DNA from: a virus | Taxonomy: Duplodnaviria; Caudoviricetes | DNA: 26,730 nucleotides | Reading direction: 5' to 3' (one strand) | IMG/VR virus record: IMGVR_UViG_3300032373_000097 | Span: 1 to 26,730 of that record | Shown here: positions 24,126 through 26,730 of the stretch, in pieces | Numbering within the stretch: the stretch's first letter is position 1 | Layout of the letters: each line of letters opens with the position of its first letter | Made by a program: the position numbers and the translations under genes | Notes under the pieces: generated by a model | The model's input: only the letters and a program-made list of their open reading frames with translations | Database searches by the model: none | Told to the model about the DNA's origin: nothing

Positions 24126-24334
24126 CCCCCACCGACTTCAAATCCGCCCGCGAGGCCCTGTGCCTCAGTCAGAACGATCTGGCTGAGGTTTGGGGCATGG
24201 GCGACAACGGCGGGCGAACGATCCGCCGATGGGAAAACGGGGAACGCCCGATGAACCCGGTCGCGGCATACTGCATCGCGCTGATGCTGGATCAATCCAA
24301 CCTGCGCGCCAGTTCTTCCGCGCCCTCGTTATAG
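24122..24334 (+). CDS. XRE-family HTH protein, second gene of the moron
   Basis: MTPTDFKSAREALCLSQNDLAEVWGM...RTIRRWENGERP. ATGA overlap upstream; 3' end overlaps the integrase. Confidence 0.85.
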   Translation: MTPTDFKSAREALCLSQNDLAEVWGMGDNGGRTIRRWENGERPMNPVAAYCIALMLDQSNLRASSSAPSL

Positions 24335-25254
24335 TAGGTCATCAATTGGGAAATGTTCTTATGACCCACCACCCGCGCCAATGCCAAGACGTCCAGCTTC
24401 TTGGAAAGCTGCGTGATTGCGTGGTGGCGGCTGTCGTGGAACGTCAGCCCCTCAACCCCGGCCATTTCCCGCGCCTTGCGGAACGAGGCGTCCAGCGTCT
24501 TGCTGGACAGCCCGAACACCGGGTCAGCATGGGGAAGCGCCTGAATGAGCCTCACGGCCTCTGTGGACAGCGGGACAGCGCGGGCCATACCGTTTTTCGT
24601 GCGGTCCAGCCGAGCCACCCGCCGATCAAGGTCCAGCCGATCCCACGTCAGGCCGCATATCTCACCAGCCCGCATGGCGGTTTCACAGGCGAACAGGAAG
24701 GCATGGAAAGCCCGCGCCCGTGTCTGCGTCAGGTCATCACCGGCCGCAATGGCCAGCCGCTCAAACTCGTCGGGAGTGGGCAGTCGATCACGCGGAGGCG
24801 GGGCTTTGGGCCTGCGCACGTCAGACAGCGGGTTGCTACCGATCAAGCCCCAATCGCGCCGCGCGCAGGACATGACAGCCGACAGGAAATTCATTTCGCG
24901 CAGCACGGTCGCGGCGCTGACTTCGGTCAGGCGGTTATCGCGCCAGTCGGAGAAGGCCGCGGCGTCCAGATCGCCCAGGCGCACATGCCAGATCGGATCT
25001 CGCCGCAGCCGGTTGACCTTGGTTTCCTCCCATTGCCGCCCGCGCTTTCCGGGGCTGACCTCTCTGGCGTAACGCTCCAAGACCTCGCCAAAGGTCATCC
25101 GCGCCGCGACGGTCGCGCCATTGTCCAGCAGGTATTCCGTGCGGCTGGCCCAATCCTTCGCCTGCTGCTTGGTGGCGAAACTCTTGCTCTTGCGAATCCC
25201 GCGCCGGAATATTTCCGCGCGCCACTTGCCCCGGTCCCTGCGAATGCTGGCCAA
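24292..25254 (-). CDS. int: Tyrosine recombinase / integrase
   Basis: Catalytic set TAMRAGEI (R), TKNG (K), FHDSRH (HxxR), VGHKN (H) and MTYYN (Y). Probable TTG start at 25254 after GGGGG. Confidence 0.95.
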   Translation of the reverse strand: MASIRRDRGKWRAEIFRRGIRKSKSFATKQQAKDWASRTEYLLDNGATVAARMTFGEVLERYAREVSPGKRGRQWEETKVNRLRRDPIWHVRLGDLDAAAFSDWRDNRLTEVSAATVLREMNFLSAVMSCARRDWGLIGSNPLSDVRRPKAPPPRDRLPTPDEFERLAIAAGDDLTQTRARAFHAFLFACETAMRAGEICGLTWDRLDLDRRVARLDRTKNGMARAVPLSTEAVRLIQALPHADPVFGLSSKTLDASFRKAREMAGVEGLTFHDSRHHAITQLSKKLDVLALARVVGHKNISQLMTYYNEGAEELARRLD

Positions 25255-25268
25255 TTTGATTCCCCCGC

Positions 25269-25339
25269 GCGTAGTCCATTGCGTAGTCTGCGCGGAGTCG
25301 GATGGCACATCATGACGCTGATTTGCGACAAAATGCGAC
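25269..25339. repeat. Putative integrase arm-type / att-associated repeats
   Basis: GCGTAGTC (25269), GCGTAGTC (25281) and GCGGAGTC (25292), then TGCGAC x2 (25324, 25334), directly upstream of int. Confidence 0.5.
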
Positions 25340-25385
25340 TTATCAACAGAACAACCCCCAACTTTTTATCATAGGAGGCCGAAAA

Positions 25386-26117
25386 ATGAACTGGATGAAA
25401 CGTTTTGCGTACCCGTGGCCGGTATCACGAAAGGCCCGGAAAAACAGCGCGGTAGATGACGCCGCGCGTAATCCGGGCGGGATCGACGCTTGGATATACC
25501 CCGAAGACGTGCCAAGCGCCGCCATGCGGCAACACCCGCGCCGCTGTAGGGTCGGGCGCGTTGCCCTTGGCCTGTCCATCGCCGCTGTTGTGGCCGTGTG
25601 GGCGGGTGTGGCAATAAGCGAGGTGAACCGTGACGCCTTCGCGTCTGCCTCGCAGCCTACCTATGACAGCGAGGGGCGTTATATTCTACGCGGCAACCCT
25701 CACGCCCGCCCTTCCCCGCATCACAGCGGTGGTAGTTCAGTCAATGGCGCGAATGAATACTACGCCTCGATCCGACACCTTGGCCCCTTTCGTATCGAGG
25801 GTGAGTGGTTCAGTGCCGGGGTTCATGTGCTCGCGCTGGTAGCGGGGCCTGATGCTGTGGCCGGTTCCTGCATCGACCCTGACGCGGGAATCTGGTGGCA
25901 CTCTGCCTTCATCGGTTCCCCGCTTCTAGGTTCTATGATTTCTCTTCCGGCTGGCCAGGCTGGCCATGATGCTTATCGCGGGGCTTTCACTTTGCCCTTG
26001 CAGCACTACTACATCAACCGGCTGGAAAGCGGCGGCATCGGCGCGAACCGTGACGAGCAACTGCCGATCCCAACCCTTGGCCGCATGGGTTACACTATTT
26101 GCGAGGATGACCAATGA
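25386..26117 (+). CDS. Membrane-anchored protein with divergent ClpP/crotonase-like domain
   Basis: AGGAGG SD and TM segment VALGLSIAAVVAVWAGVAI, followed by SGGS...FRIEGEWFSAGVHVL...CIDPDAGIWWHSA...MGYTIC. Confidence 0.6.
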   Translation: MNWMKRFAYPWPVSRKARKNSAVDDAARNPGGIDAWIYPEDVPSAAMRQHPRRCRVGRVALGLSIAAVVAVWAGVAISEVNRDAFASASQPTYDSEGRYILRGNPHARPSPHHSGGSSVNGANEYYASIRHLGPFRIEGEWFSAGVHVLALVAGPDAVAGSCIDPDAGIWWHSAFIGSPLLGSMISLPAGQAGHDAYRGAFTLPLQHYYINRLESGGIGANRDEQLPIPTLGRMGYTICEDDQ

Positions 26118-26398
26118 CTGACCTGCCCCACGACTACGACGCTTGGCGACTGGCCGGTCTGCATGACGACGACCCAGAGCCATGCAACTGCGGCGAAGAT
26201 GACTGCACATGCGCGGAAGACGACGCCTACGAGCGCGGCGATAGGTTGCTGGAACGGAAACGAGACAGGAAGATTGACCAATGGCCCGCCTGCAATGGAC
26301 CGGCCCCGGCTCATACGAGGCCGAGAGCCTGCACACCCCCGAAAGCCGCGAACGTGACGCGCGGCTCGTCGGGCATGAACCGAAAGGACAGAACATGA
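26114..26398 (+). CDS. Hypothetical phage protein (94 aa, Cys/acidic N-terminus)
   Basis: MTDLPHDYDAWRL...PCNCGEDDCTC, with ATGA overlaps on both sides. Confidence 0.6.
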   Translation: MTDLPHDYDAWRLAGLHDDDPEPCNCGEDDCTCAEDDAYERGDRLLERKRDRKIDQWPACNGPAPAHTRPRACTPPKAANVTRGSSGMNRKDRT

Positions 26399-26730
26399 CC
26401 GATACGAGCAAAGAAGCGGTGGACGAGGCGGCTGTCCGGGTGAAGCCGCTGGTGTGGGGTCATCATTTTGTGGGTGAGATTGCATCAAATGGCATAGGCA
26501 GCTACATCATCAACACACGTGGCGTGAGACCGCGTTGGCTCAAGTGGCCTAATGGGCGCGGCCCAGAACGCGAGACGGTGGATGAAATGAAAGCCGCCGC
26601 CCAAGCCGACCACGAAGCCCGCATCCGGGCACAGATCGAAATGGCCCCGGTGACGGTGCAGCAGGCGGCGGGGGTGTTGGAGGATGCGTATAACCTGCCC
26701 ATGGGGGACGCACTTGGTGAGCGCGTCAGA
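26395..26730 (+). CDS. Hypothetical phage early protein, truncated by the right edge (not in track)
   Basis: AAGGA SD. MTDTSKEAVDEAAVRVKPLVW...MKAAAQADHEARIR, a recurrent phage early-protein motif, open to the window end. Confidence 0.7.
   Translation, partial: MTDTSKEAVDEAAVRVKPLVWGHHFVGEIASNGIGSYIINTRGVRPRWLKWPNGRGPERETVDEMKAAAQADHEARIRAQIEMAPVTVQQAAGVLEDAYNLPMGDALGERVR

Noticed and set aside
24190-25374. 394-aa plus-strand ORF
   Set aside because: Antisense shadow of the integrase in high-GC DNA, with no recognisable motifs.

Overview
The whole window is a contiguous segment of a temperate, P22-like (podovirus-type) tailed phage. A Rhodobacteraceae-like alphaproteobacterial host is inferred from protein types and high GC. 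The minus-strand arm (about 20070 down to 1) carries cro, a small C5-methyltransferase-like gene, a resolvase-like nuclease, ERF/YqaJ/NinB recombination genes, DnaB, a DUF1376 initiator with iterons, SSB, a NusG-paralog antiterminator and a late promoter. The late operon then runs terS, terL, adaptor, putative head-spike genes, tail fibre, gp10-like nozzle, GNAT-like gene and DNA-ejection proteins, one of them fused to an M15 peptidase. No portal, scaffold, major capsid or lysis genes are visible, and terL is coupled almost directly to the tail adaptor. The plus-strand arm holds a short CI-like repressor with three operator palindromes, small early genes with repeated junction sequences, xis, a promoter-bearing two-gene moron, a convergent tyrosine integrase, a membrane-anchored ClpP-fold-like protein and further phage genes. 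Several intergenic hairpins carry CCUCCC anti-SD-like loops. Family assignments come from motif recognition only; no database searches were run.
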